Shown here: positions 38,462 to 59,544 of the stretch, piece after piece
Layout of the letters: every line of letters starts with the position of its first letter
Numbering within the stretch: position 1 is the stretch's first letter
From: the human T2T-CHM13v2.0 reference genome, Homo sapiens
Strand: one strand, 5' to 3'
DNA: 64,000 bases
NCBI RefSeq assembly: GCF_009914755.1
Contig: NC_060946.1
Translations under genes and position numbers: made by a program
Notes under the pieces: generated by a model
Told to the model about the DNA's origin: nothing
The model's input: the letters and a program-made list of their open reading frames with translations, nothing else
Databases searched by the model: none

Positions 38462-40314
38462 TTTTTTTTTTATTGATCATTCTTGGGTGTTTCTCGCAGA
38501 GGGGGATTTGGCAGGGTCACAGGACAATAGTGGAGGGAAGGTCAGCAGATAAACAAGTGAACAAAGGTCTCTGGTTTTCCTAGGCAGAGGACCCCGCGGC
38601 CTTCCGCAGTGTTTGTGTCCCTGGGTACTTGAGATTAGGGAGTGGTGATGACTCTTAACGAGCATGCTGCTTTCAAGCGTCTGTTTAACAAAGCACATCT
38701 TGCACCGCCCTTAATCCATTTAACCCTGAGTGGACTCAGCACATGTTTCAGAGAGCACAGGGTTGGGGGTAAGGTCACAGATCAACAGGATCCCAAGGCA
38801 GAAGAATTTTTCTTAGTACAGAACAAAATGAAAAGTCTCCCATGTCTACCTCTTTCTACACAGACATGGCAACCATCCGATTTCTCAATCTTTTCCCCAC
38901 CTTTCCCCCCTTTCTATTCCACAAAACTGCCATTGTCATCATGGCCCGTTCTCAATGGGCTGTTGGGTACACCTCTCAGACGGGGTGGTGGCCAGGCAGA
39001 GGGGCTCCTCACTTCCCAGTAGGGGCGGCCGGGCAGAGGCGCCCCTCACCTCCCGGACGGGGCGGCTGGCCGGGCGGGGGGCTGACCCCCCCACCTCCCT
39101 CCCGGACGGGGCGGCTGGCCGGGCGGGGGGCTGACCCCCCCACCTCCCTCCCGGACGGGGCGGCTGGCCGGGCAGAGGGGCTCCTCACTTCCCAGTAGGG
39201 GCGGCCGGGCAGAGGCGCCCCTCACCTCCCGGACGGGGCGGCTGGCCGGGTGGGGGGCTGACCCCCTCCCTCCCTCCCGGACGGGGCGGCTGGCCAGGCG
39301 GGGGGCTGACCCCCCCACCTCCCTCCCGGATGGGGCAGCTGGCCAGGCAGAGGGGCTCCTCACTTCCCAGTAGGGGCGGCCGGGCAGAGGCGCCCCTCAC
39401 CTCCCGGATGGGGCGGCTGGCCAGGCGGGGGGCTGACCCCCCCACCTCCCTCCCGGACGGGGTGGCTGCCGGGCGGAGATGCTCCTCACTTCCCAGACGG
39501 GGTGGCTGCCGGGCGGAGGGGCTCCTCACTTCTCAGACGGGGCGGCTGCTGGGCGGAGGGGCTCCTCACTTCTCAGACAGGGCGGTTGCCAGGCAGAGGG
39601 TCTCCTCACTTCTCAGACCGGGCGGCCGGGCAGAGACGCTCCTCACATCCTGGACGGGGCGACAGGGCAGAGGCGCTCCCCACATCTCAGACGATGGACG
39701 GCCGGGCAGAGACGCTCCTCACTTCCTAGATGAGATGGCGGCCGGGAAGAGGCACTCCTCACTTCCTAGATGGGATGGTGGCTGGGCAGAGACGCTCCTC
39801 ACTTTCCAGACTGGGCAGCCAGGCAGAGGGGCTCCTCATATCCCAGACGATGGGCGGCCAGGCAGAGACGCTCCTCACTTCCCAGACGGGGTGGCGGCCG
39901 GGCAGAGGCTGCAATCTCGGCACTTTGGGAGGCCAAGGCAGGCTGCTGGGAGGTGGATGTTGTAGCGAGCCGAGATCACGCCACTGCACTCCAGCCTGGG
40001 CACCATTGAGCACTGAGTGAACGAGACTCCGTCTGCAATCCCGGCACCTCGGGAGGCCGAGGCTGGCGGATCACTCGCGGTTAAGAGCTGGAGACCAGCC
40101 CGGCCAACACAGCGAAACCCCGTCTCCACCCAAAAAATACGAAAACCAGTCAGGCCTGGCGGCGCGCGCCTGCAATCGCAGGCACTCGGTAGGCTGAGGC
40201 AGGAGAATCAGGCAGGGAGGTTGCAGTGAGTCGAGATGGCAGCAGTACAGTCCAGCTTCGGCTCGGCATCAGAGGGAGACCGTGGAAAGAGGGGAGAGGG
40301 AGAGGGAGAGGGAG
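38462..40314 (-). mobile_element. Full-length SVA retrotransposon (SVA_D-like), 3' part of a composite insertion
   Basis: Read on minus: CCCTCT hexamers about 40289-40314, Alu-like region about 39905-40285, long VNTR about 38975-39900, SINE-R about 38472-38972 ending AATGATCAATAAA directly into poly(A). Confidence 0.96.
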
Positions 40315-40518
40315 CTCTTATTTTTATAAAGCTAAAAATATCAATTGTACAAACACCCTAGGGTAGGGAAAAAAAACAAAAAAAACCTCTATTCTAGATA
40401 GTAACCAACTTTATCCTAAATGTTGTAAATCTGGCAAAATTTAAGGAAATATGCTGGATAGAGTCCTTGAATACATTTACAAAGATTCCACTTTAACAAA
40501 TAACATTTAAAGTTAGAT

Positions 40519-40797
40519 GGCTAGGCGTGGTGCCTCACGCCTATAATCCCAGCACTTTGGGAGGCTGAAGCAGGCGGATCACTTGAAGTCAGGAGTTTGA
40601 GACCAGCCTGGCCAACATGATGAAACCTGTCTCTACTAAAAATACAAAAATTAGCTGGGTGTGGTGGCGGGTGCCTGTAATCCCAACTACTCGAGGAGGC
40701 TGAGGCAGGAGAATCACTTGAACCAGGGAGGCAGAGGTTGTAGTAAGCTGAGATCACGCCACTGCACTCCAGCCTTGGTGACAGAGCAAGACACCAG
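40519..40797 (+). mobile_element. AluS-type element lacking its poly(A) tail, fused directly to MPPE1 codon 130 (exonised antisense Alu)
   Basis: Complete Alu body from GGCTAGGCGTGG to GACAGAGCAAGACACCAG, then MPPE1 sequence exactly where the tail should be. Confidence 0.92.
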
Positions 40798-41504
40798 CTC
40801 AGGGGTGCTCCAGTTCCCTTCATCAAAGATATCCCCCAGGATGAAGACGACTTCCGGCTGCAGCAACCACAGAGCTGTCTGGAAGGCTCTCTCCATCTGC
40901 CATTCCCTTCGTAATTTGTCCAGCCAGTGGCCTAGGAATTCCCCAAGCAAATGGGTGTCAGCCAAAAACATGGCTTTGAGCACAGGCTCACGTGTGGTCT
41001 GTTCACCATCAGAGGCTGTGGTTTTCACTTCAGGCCAATTACACTGAAAGATCGCTAAGTAATAGATTAAAAATTCACAAAATAGAAGCACAGCAAAGAC
41101 AACAGCTATGAGTTTCAACAGCAATGAACTCTTCCTCTTTAATGGATGAAAATTCTGTCTTCCAAACCCCAATTCGATCATCGCCATTTCTCAAGCAACA
41201 ACAAATCCATCAAGGGTTCACCACGAGAAAACTGCAGAGCCCTGGGGAGGGTGATGGCATTCAGGTCTTAGCTGGGCACCTATAATTTTCCAGGAAAATC
41301 ACCAAGTCACCTCATCTTTTAAAGACAGAGAGATTGGTACGAGGCTCTAAGTTGGCATCTGCTCCCCAAAATCAGAATTCATTTATAATAGCCATGCTTT
41401 CCAGCTCTGCGCACAATGCCAGGCAGATGGGGAGCACCGGGCGGTGCGGGAGCCCTTTCACCAGGGCAGGGTGGCTTCAGTGGCCAAGGGACCCGGGAAC
41501 TGCC
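40798..41504 (-). pseudogene. MPPE1P1: Processed partial copy of MPPE1 (PGAP5, metallophosphoesterase 1): 5'UTR plus codons 1-130, carried as an SVA 5' transduction
   Basis: The ORF from 41187 reads [21 protein letters not shown]...ADTH...[14 protein letters not shown], the MPPE1 N-terminus, with no introns. Homology stops at codon 130 (40798). The symbol comes from my recollection of an MPPE1 pseudogene on 22q11 and is less certain than the homology. Confidence 0.93.
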
Positions 41505-41623
41505 GCTAATTTTTGTATTTTTTTGCAGAGACCGGATTCCACCATGTTGCCCAGGCTGACCTCAAACTCCTGGTCTCAAGTGATCCACTTGCCTTGCCTT
41601 GGCCTCCCAAAGTGCTGGGATTA
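41505..41623 (-). mobile_element. AluJ-type host element, left arm (continuation)
   Basis: GCTAATTTTTGTATTTTTTTGCAGAGAC...CCCAAAGTGCTGGGATTA continues the Alu interrupted at 38461. GCTAATTTTT is duplicated as the TSD. Confidence 0.88.
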
Positions 41624-41844
41624 AGTTCTGAGTCTTAACACATGTATAGAGTTAGTAACTATCCCTACAATAAAGCTATACAAGACTTCATCACCATCCT
41701 CCACCCAAAAAACTCCCTTGTGTTGTCCCTTTATAGTCATATTCTCCCCTACCCTGAAACCCTAGCAACCAACCCATTGGTCTGTTTGCTATCACTATAG
41801 TTTTGTATTTTCAAGAATGTAATATATATATATGGAATTATAAA

Positions 41845-42070
41845 GTGTCTTAGTTTGGGCTGCTGTCACAAAATACTATACGCTGGTGGCTGAGACAGCA
41901 AGCATTGATTTCTCATGGTTCTGGAGGCTGGGAAGTACAAGATCAAGGCACTGGATGACCTGGTATCTCTTAAGAGCCCACTTCCTGGCTTGCAGACAGC
42001 TGCCGTTTCACATATACTCACATGGTCAAGAGACAGCTGATCTCTCTTGTGTCTCCTCTTTAAGAGCACT
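41845..42070 (-). mobile_element. MaLR LTR (MLT1A/MST-like) fragment
   Basis: TGTCTTAGTTTGGGCTGCTGT.ACAAAATAC...TTCTGGAGGCTGGGAAGT.CAAGATCAAGG. Confidence 0.75.
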
Positions 42071-42729
42071 ACTCCTTTTCTTTTTTTCTTTCTTTTTTCT
42101 CTTTCTTTTTTCTTTTTTTTCTTTCTTTTTTCTTTTTTTGAGACAGAGTCTCACTCTGTCACCCAGGCTGGAGTACAGTGGCATGATCTCGGCTCTGCAA
42201 CCTCCACCTCCCAGGTTCAAGCAGTTCCCTTGCCTCAGCCTCCCGAGTAGCTGGGACTACAGGTGTGTGCCACCACATCCAGCTAATTTTTGTATTTTTT
42301 AGTAGAGACGGGGTTTCACCATGTTGGCCAGGATGGTCTTGATCTCCTGACCTCGTGATCTGCCCGCCTTGGACTCCTAAAGTGCTGGGATTACAGGCAT
42401 GGACCACCGCGCCCAGCCACACAATTTGTGTATCCTTTCAGCAATGGAAGGACATTGGTTGTTTTCCAGTTTGGGGCGGTTATGAATACAGCTGCTCTAA
42501 ACATTTATGTATAGGTTTTTATATGATCATAAGTTTCATTTCTCTAGAGTAAACACTCAGGAGTGGGACTGCTGGATGATATGGTAACTTTATTGAAAAA
42601 AAAAAAAAAAGGCCCAGCGCGGTGGCTCACGCCTGTAATCCCAGCACTTTGTGAGGCCGAGGCGGGCTGATCACGAGGTCAGGAGATCGAGACCATCCTG
42701 GCTAACACAGTGAAACCCCATCTCTACTA

Positions 42730-42936
<207 letters not shown>

Positions 42937-43095
42937 TCAGGCCTGTAATCCCAGTACTTTGGGAGGCTGAGGTGGGTGGATCATGAGGTCAGAAGTTGGA
43001 GACCAGCCTGGCCAATGTGGTGAAGTCCCATCTCTACTAAAAATACAAAAATTAACTGGGCATGGTGGCAGTTGCTTGTAATCCCAGGAGGCTCA

Positions 43096-43191
<96 letters not shown>

Positions 43192-43952
43192 TCAAAACAA
43201 CAACAACAAAAAAAAAAACTTGCCAAACTGTTTTTCAGAGTGATGGTGTATTTTATATTCCCCACTTATGGCATTGTCAATATTTTTTATTTTAGCTATT
43301 CTAGTAGATGTGTGTAGTGGTATCTCCTATGTTTTCTTTCTTTCTTTTCCTTTTTTTTTTTTTTTTGAGATAAGGTCTCACTCCATCACCCAGGCTGCAG
43401 TGCAGTGGCACAATCATGGCTCACTGTAGCTTTGACCTCCTGGGTTCAAGGGAATCCTCCCCTCTCAGTCTCTTGAATAGCTGGGACTACAGGTGTACAC
43501 CACCATGCCTGGCTAATTTTTGTATATTTTGTAGAAATGAGGTCTCACTGTGTTCCCCAGGCTGGTCTTAAACTCCTGGACTCAAGCAATCCTCCAATCT
43601 TGGCCTCCCAGAGTTCTAGGATTACAGGCATGTGCCACCATGCCCAGTCTATGTCTTATTATGAAGGTTTTACAGTTTTACATTTTACATATAGGTCTCT
43701 GATCCATTTTGAGTTAATTTTTGCATAAGATATGAGGCTTTAGATTGAGGATCATTTTTCTGCCTATGGAGGTCCAATTGTTCCAATACCATATGTTGAA
43801 AAGACTAGTCCATCGAATTGCCTTTGCAGCTTTGTAAAATAAATCAATGGACAGAAGATGACATCAGGGAACATGGTAGAGTAGGGATCTATGGGAATCT
43901 TTCTGCCCATGGAAACAATAATTGGAGGAGCAGAAACTGCCTGAAGTAACTA

Positions 43953-44016
43953 TTAGGTTGGTGCAAAAGTAATTGCGGTTTTTGCCATTACCGCAATTAC
44001 TTTTCCACCTACCTAT
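43953..44016. mobile_element. MADE1 (Hsmar1-derived MITE), internally deleted
   Basis: TTAGGTTGGTGCAAAAGTAATTGCGGTTTTTGCCATTA followed by the inverted terminus CCGCAATTACTTTTCCACCTACCTA, with TA flanks. Confidence 0.9.
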
Positions 44017-44104
44017 ATTTTGGAATTCTGTGATGTAGTAGAATACTTGCATCGACCAGGAGAAAGTTTGATGAACAGGTGGGTAATTTTTTTTTTTTTT
44101 TTGA

Positions 44105-44407
<303 letters not shown>

Positions 44408-44553
44408 TAATTTTTGTAGTTTTAGTAGAGACTGGGTTTTTCGCCACGTTGGCCAGGTTGGTCTTGAACTCTTGGCTTCAAGTGATCTGCCTGCCTGAGC
44501 CTCCAAAGTGGTGGGATTACAGGGGTTAGCCACTGCGTCGGCGAGGCGGGTAA

Positions 44554-44778
<225 letters not shown>

Positions 44779-46504
44779 TGACCTCGTGATCCACCTGCCT
44801 TGGCCTCCCAAAGTGCTGGGATTACAGGCTTGAGCCACCGCACCTGGCAGAGGCGGGTAAATTTTGATTTTACTTTTTCACATAGCAGGGGCTGCCATCT
44901 CTTATCCCCCAACCCCATGACAGGCAGCTGTGGGGACTGCAGTTCCCCATTCCTCGTGCAGCTTGCTGGACCTGGGGTGAGCAATAAGGACCTTGTCTTC
45001 CAAAAGTCAGAGTTGTGGGTTCTGATTATTGATTGTTGTTTTTGATTGCTGAGAGGCCAGCACAGAAGTTGGCCATTGTTTATATATCCACAGGCTGAAG
45101 CAACTTACCAAACATGAGGGGATTTAAAGAAACAGGACCTAGGTACTTTTTCCCTCTTGAGAACCAGACATTTAAAGAAATCTCTCATCAGGTCACTGGC
45201 TGACCCCAGAGACAATGGAAGAAAAATTTCAGTGAAAACACACAAGGAATACTTGCTTTACAAAAATAGCTTAGAAAAGTCACAAAAGGATGGTTCCAGC
45301 CATCAACAAGCAAAACCCAGCAATTCCTGAGGAGTGAGAGAATTAAGACTGCAGAACTACCACAACATAAGGCTCAGAATGTCCAGTTCACAGTAAAAAA
45401 AAAAACTACAGAATAGGCCAGGCGCGGTGGTCATGCCTGTAATCCAGCACTTTGGGAGGCCGAGACGGGTGGATCACGAGGTCAGGAGATCGAGACCATT
45501 CTGGCTAACACTGTGAAACCCTATCTCTACTAAAAATACAAAAACATTAGCCAGGCATGGTGGCGGGCGCCCAGCTACTCAGGAGGCTGAGGCAGGAGAA
45601 TGGCATGAACCCGGGGGGCGGAGCTCACAGTGAACGGAGATCGCGCCACTGCACTCCAGCCTGGGCAACAGAGTGAGACTCCTTCTCAAAAAAAAAAAAA
45701 ACAAAAACCAAGAACTACAGAATATACAAAGAAACATGAAAGTATGGCCCATTGAAAGGAAAAAAAATTGATGGAAACCATCCCTGAGAAAGCCTAGACA
45801 TCAAAATTATTAGTGAAATACATTAAACCAACTGTCTTTAGTATGTTCAGTGAGCTAAAGGAAGACATGGAAAAGAACCAAAGTAAAAAAAACTGTTGTC
45901 TGAACAAAATGAGAATATCAATAAAGAGATAGAAATTAGCAAAAGTAACCAAAAAGATATTGTGAAATGAAAAGTGTAAAAACTGAAGTGAAAAACTCAC
46001 TGGAGAGATATAACAGCAGATTTGAGCAGGCAGAAAGAAAGAAACGGTGAATGTGAAGACATTTGAAATTATCTAATCAGAGGAACAGAAAGAAGAAAAA
46101 AGAATTAAAAAGACTAAATAGGCCTAGGGAACTGTGGGACATCATTAAGTGGGTAAACATATGCTTTATAAGCATCCCAGGAGGAGAAGAGAAAGAGAAA
46201 AAGGGGCAGAAAAAATATTTTGGGGAAATAAAGGCTAAAAACTTCCATAATCTGATGACAGACATGAAGATACACACCCAAGAAGCACAAAGATTTTCAA
46301 GCAGGCTATCTCAAGAGAAATCCACACTGAAACATTATGTTCAAATTGTGGAAACTGAAGGACAAAGAGAGAATTTTGAAAGCAAGAGAGAAGCAACTCA
46401 TCATGTACAAGTGATCCTCAATAAAATAAACAGCTGATTTCTTGTTAAAGGCATGGAGGCCAGAAGGCAGGGAATGGCATAAAGTCCTGAAAAAAAAATG
46501 TCAA

Positions 46505-46808
46505 CCAAGAATTCGATTTCCAGCAGAATTATTATTATTATTTTTGAGATGGAGTCTCGCTCTGTCGCCCAGGGTGGAGTGCAGTGGCACAATCGGCTCA
46601 CTGCAAGCTCCACCTCCTGGGTTTCCTCCATTCTCCTGCCTCAGCCTCCCAAGAATTCGATTTCCAGCAGAATTATTATTATTATTATTATTATTATTTT
46701 GAGATGGAGTCTCGCTCTGTCGCCCAGGGTGGAGTGCAGTGGCACAATCGGCTCACTGCAAGATCCACCTCCTGGGTTTCCTCCATTCTCCTGCCTCAGC
46801 CTCCCAAG
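46505..46808. repeat. Young tandem duplication (144/155-bp units) of an L1-Alu junction
   Basis: CCAAGAATTCGATTTCCAGCAGAATTATT...CAGCCTC starts at 46505 and 46649. The copies differ only in tail (ATT)n/T length and one substitution. Confidence 0.95.
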
Positions 46809-47200
46809 TAGCTGGGACTATAGGCGCCCGCCACCAGGCCCGGCTAATTTTTTGTATTTTTGGTAGAGATGGGGTTTCACCGTGTTAGCCAGGATGGTCT
46901 TGATCTCCTGACCTCACGATCTGCCCACCTCAGCCTCCCAAAGTGCTGGGATTATAGGAGTGAGCCACCGCGCCCGGCCCCAGCACAATTATTTTTAAGG
47001 AATGAGGGAGAAATTAAGATGTTTCAAGATAAACAGAAGTTGAGAGAATTTATTACCGGTAGACCTGCCCTACAAGAAATGCTAATGGTAGTTCTTCGTG
47101 ATAAAATAAAAAGATTCTAGGCCTGGCGTGGTGGCTCACACCTGTAATCTCAGCACTTTGGGAGGCTGAGGCAGGTGGATCACTTGAGGTTAGAAGTTCA

Positions 47201-47461
<261 letters not shown>

Positions 47462-47464
47462 TCA

Positions 47465-48110
<646 letters not shown>

Positions 48111-48296
48111 TTACTTGAAGACATAAGAAAAAAAGGACACTAGTAAAGTTAATTTCCTATGCAAATACAAATGCCAATATTGGCCGGGCATGGTGGCTCA
48201 TGCCTGTAACCCCAGCACTTTGGGAGGCTGAGGTGGATCACGAGGTCAGGAGATCGAGACCATCCTGGCTAACGTGGTGAAACCCCGTCTCTACTA

Positions 48297-48458
<162 letters not shown>

Positions 48459-48482
48459 CTAAATAAATAAATGCCAATATTA

Positions 48483-48924
<442 letters not shown>

Positions 48925-49317
48925 TAGCTGGGATTACAGGCATGTGCCACCACGCCCGACTAATTTTGTATTTTTAGTAGAGATGAGGTTTCTCCATGTT
49001 GGTCAGCCTAGTCTCGAACTCCTGACCTCAGGTAATCCACCCGCTCGGCCTCCCAAAGTTTTGGGATTACAGGCATGAGCCACCGTGCCTGGCCTAAAAA
49101 ACTTTTTCTATACGGGGTTTTGCTATGTTTCCCAGGCTAGTCTTGAACTCCTGGCCTCAAGTGAGCCTCCCACCTCGGCTTCCCAAAGTACTGAGCCTGT
49201 AATCAGGCTTGAGCCACTGCACTGGCCCTGATTTTAAAACTTACTGTAAAGCCGGGCACGGTGGCTCACACCTGTAATCCCAGCCCTGACTAACATAGAG
49301 AAACCTCATGTCTACTA

Positions 49318-49479
<162 letters not shown>

Positions 49480-51296
49480 TCAAATAAGAAAAAAAAAGAC
49501 CAGGCGTGGGGGCCCACGCCTGTAATCCCTACACTTTGGGAGACCAAGGCGGGTGGATCGCAAAGTCAGGAGATGGAGACCATCTCTACTAAAAATACAA
49601 AAATTAGCTCGCTGTGGTGGCCTGCACCTGTAATCCCAGCTACTCAGGAGGCTGAGGCAGGAGAATTGCTTCAACCTGGGAGGTGGAGATTGCAGTGAGC
49701 CGAGATCACACCACTGCACTCCAGCCTGGCAACAGAGCGAAACTCCGTCTCAGAAAACAAACAAACAAACAAAAACTTACTGCAAAACAACAGTAATCAA
49801 AACCGTGGGTACTGGCATGAAGGCAGACATAGACAAATGGAATTGAATAGAGAGCCTAGAAATAAACTCTCTCATATATGATCAAATGATTTTTGACAAA
49901 GATGACAAGACCATTCAGTGGAAAGGACAGTCTCTATAACAAATGTCACTGGGAAAACTGGATAGCCATAATCAAAAGAATGAGATTGGACCCCTACCTC
50001 ACAGCGTGTACAAATATTAGCTCAAAATGAATTAAAAACCTGAATATAAGAGTTAGAACTATAAAACTTTTAGGAGAAAGCATAGAAGAGAGGCTTCGTG
50101 ACACACCAAAAGCATAAGCAACAAAATAAATAAATAAATAGATCAGACTTGAGCAAAATTAGAATCCTTTGTGTATCAAAGGATACTATTAAGATAGTAA
50201 AAAGGCAACCCACAGAATGGGAGAAAATGTTTGCAAATCATATATCTGAAAAGGGGTTAAAGTCCAGAATATATAGAGAGAATTCCTACAACTGAACGAC
50301 AACAAAACAAACAACCCAATTTAAAAATGGACAAAAAATTTTCCCAGTGTGGTGGCGCGAACCTGTAGTCCCAGCCACTCAGGAGGCTGAGGCACAAGAA
50401 TCGCTTGAACTGGGTAGGCAGAGATTGCAGTAAGCCGAGATCATGCTACTGCACTCCAGCCTGGGCAGCAGAGCGAGATTCTGTATCAAAATAAAAAAAA
50501 CAAGCAAAAAAATGGACAAAAGACTTGAGTAGGTGTTTCTCCAAAGAAGACATATGAATGGCAAATAAACACATAAAATTATGTGGAGATATATTGGAAC
50601 CCTGATACATTGCTGGTGGGAATACAAAATTATTCAGCCACTGTGGAAAACAGTTTAACGGTTCCTTAAAAAGTTAAACGTAGAATTACCATATGGCTCA
50701 GCAATTTCACTCCTATTTGTATACCCCAAATATTTGATAAAAGGGACTCAATGTTCATAGCATACTATTCATAATAGCCAAAAGATGCAAACAACCCAAA
50801 TGCTGATCAACAGATGAATGGATAAACAAAATGTGCATACAGATACAGTGGAATATTATTCATCTAGAAAAGGAATGAATTGTCATAATTTTTTTTTTTT
50901 TGAGACGGAATCTTGCACTGTCCCCCAGGCTGGAGTGCAGTGGCTTGATCTCTGCTCACTGCAAGCTCCGCCTCCTGGGTTCATGCCATTCTCCTGCCTC
51001 AGCCTCCGAGTAGCTGGGACAACAGGCGCCCACCACCACGTCCAGCTAATTTTTCGTATTTTTAGTAGAGATGGGGTTTCACCGTGTTAGCCAGGATGGT
51101 CTCGATCTCCTGACTTCGTGATCCGCCCGCCTCGGCCTCCCAAAGTGCTGGGATTACAGGCGTGAGCCACCGCGCCCGGCCGAATTGTTATAATATTATG
51201 GTAAGTGAAATAAGCCAGTCACAGGCCAGGCACAGTGGCTCACGCCTGTAATCCCAGCACTTCGGGAGGCCGAAGTGGGCCGATTGCTTGAGCTCA

Positions 51297-51479
<183 letters not shown>

Positions 51480-51499
51480 TTAATTAATTAATTACAAAA

Positions 51500-56727
<5,228 letters not shown>

Positions 56728-56730
56728 TTA

Positions 56731-57717
<987 letters not shown>

Positions 57718-57815
57718 GATTTCATCCTGGACACTTAAAATATTATATCATGGGATTCTGGGTTCTGTTTAAATCCTATGAGAATGTGGAAATTTTTGTT
57801 TAAGCAGGCAATTGA

Positions 57816-58130
<315 letters not shown>

Positions 58131-59059
58131 TAAGTTTTTTGTTTTTTGTAGAGACGGGGTTTCACCATGTTGCCCAGGCTGGTCTTGAACTCCTGAGCTC
58201 AAGCAATCTGCTCATCTCGGCCTCCCAAAGTGCTGCGATTACAGGAGTGAGCCTCTGTGCCCAGCCTGGTTTAGAGTCAGCTCCATACATACACATCTTT
58301 GGGGTGAGTCTAGGAATTCATAAACAACTTTCAATCCTCCTAGTCCTTTCCAGTTTGTTGGGGTTCCCTCTTCCAGTCCTCTGTCCAGAAAGGTGTGGCT
58401 TTATTTCCTCAATTTCGCCACATACTTCCCATGACTAGATCCATACTGGGAGCCAAGCAGTGGAGGGCAGAGAAAAAAGCCCTGCCCTATTGGGAATCAC
58501 ATCTCTTCTGATCAAAGATGAGGTTTCCTTCTTTCAGAAGTTTAGGCTCCCGAACTCCCCCAGTGCCACTGCTATCACTGTGGCTGCCACCAACACAAAG
58601 TTGCCTACAGGATGGTACAAGAAATACTGGGGGGGAAAAGGAAAAAAGACAAATGGGCTATTTCCCTATTTGCTCTGCATGTTAGGAGGCTCCTTCCTCA
58701 CCCCTCTAGCCAGAGGTAGTGGGTTTCTCCTGAAGCTCTCTCGGTCCACAGCGATACATACTTCGGGTTCCAGGCTGCATTAAGTCTGGACTGAAGGAAA
58801 CAAGTTGGGGGGAACTCACTACCAGGTCAGTAGCACTTAGAATTCAGTATTCTTCCTCACTGTGCCCATATCATTTGCCGTTTCAAGTTCTTAGCGGGAT
58901 GCCCTTGCAGCTGTCCAGGTTTTCTAGCTGCATTCAAAGGGAGAGACACAGAGAAGTGTGCTGACTCCACCTTCCCTAGCATATTTTATTCTGCAGGATG
59001 TCCCCAACCCAGGGATGCATTATGGCTGTAGGCTGTATGCATTTTTGCACTTTTCAGTC

Positions 59060-59067
<8 letters not shown>

Positions 59068-59102
<35 letters not shown>
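59068..59102. repeat. (CA)17 microsatellite
   Basis: Uninterrupted CA run. Confidence 0.97.
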
Positions 59103-59104
<2 letters not shown>

Positions 59105-59214
59105 AAAAAAGAAAAAATTTCAATACGTTTCATATTGCATTGGTATGAAGATAAATATAATCAAGGTTGGATTCATTATTGTTATGCTTTTTTTTCTGAT
59201 TTCAAAATAAATTA

Positions 59215-59544
<330 letters not shown>

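Noticed and set aside
38975-39900. Regularly spaced repeats resembling a CRISPR array
   Set aside because: This is the SVA VNTR in a eukaryotic genome: no unique spacers and no cas genes.
38642-40229. ORFs up to 211 aa in the second SVA
   Set aside because: Repetitive VNTR translations with no protein-family signal.
40714-41187. The authentic MPPE1 gene
   Set aside because: Intronless, truncated at codon 130, lacks the later catalytic motifs, and lies inside a TSD-bounded insertion.
46063-47120. L1 ORF1-like peptides
   Set aside because: Fragmented, frameshifted and interrupted by an Alu, so a dead L1 remnant rather than a gene.
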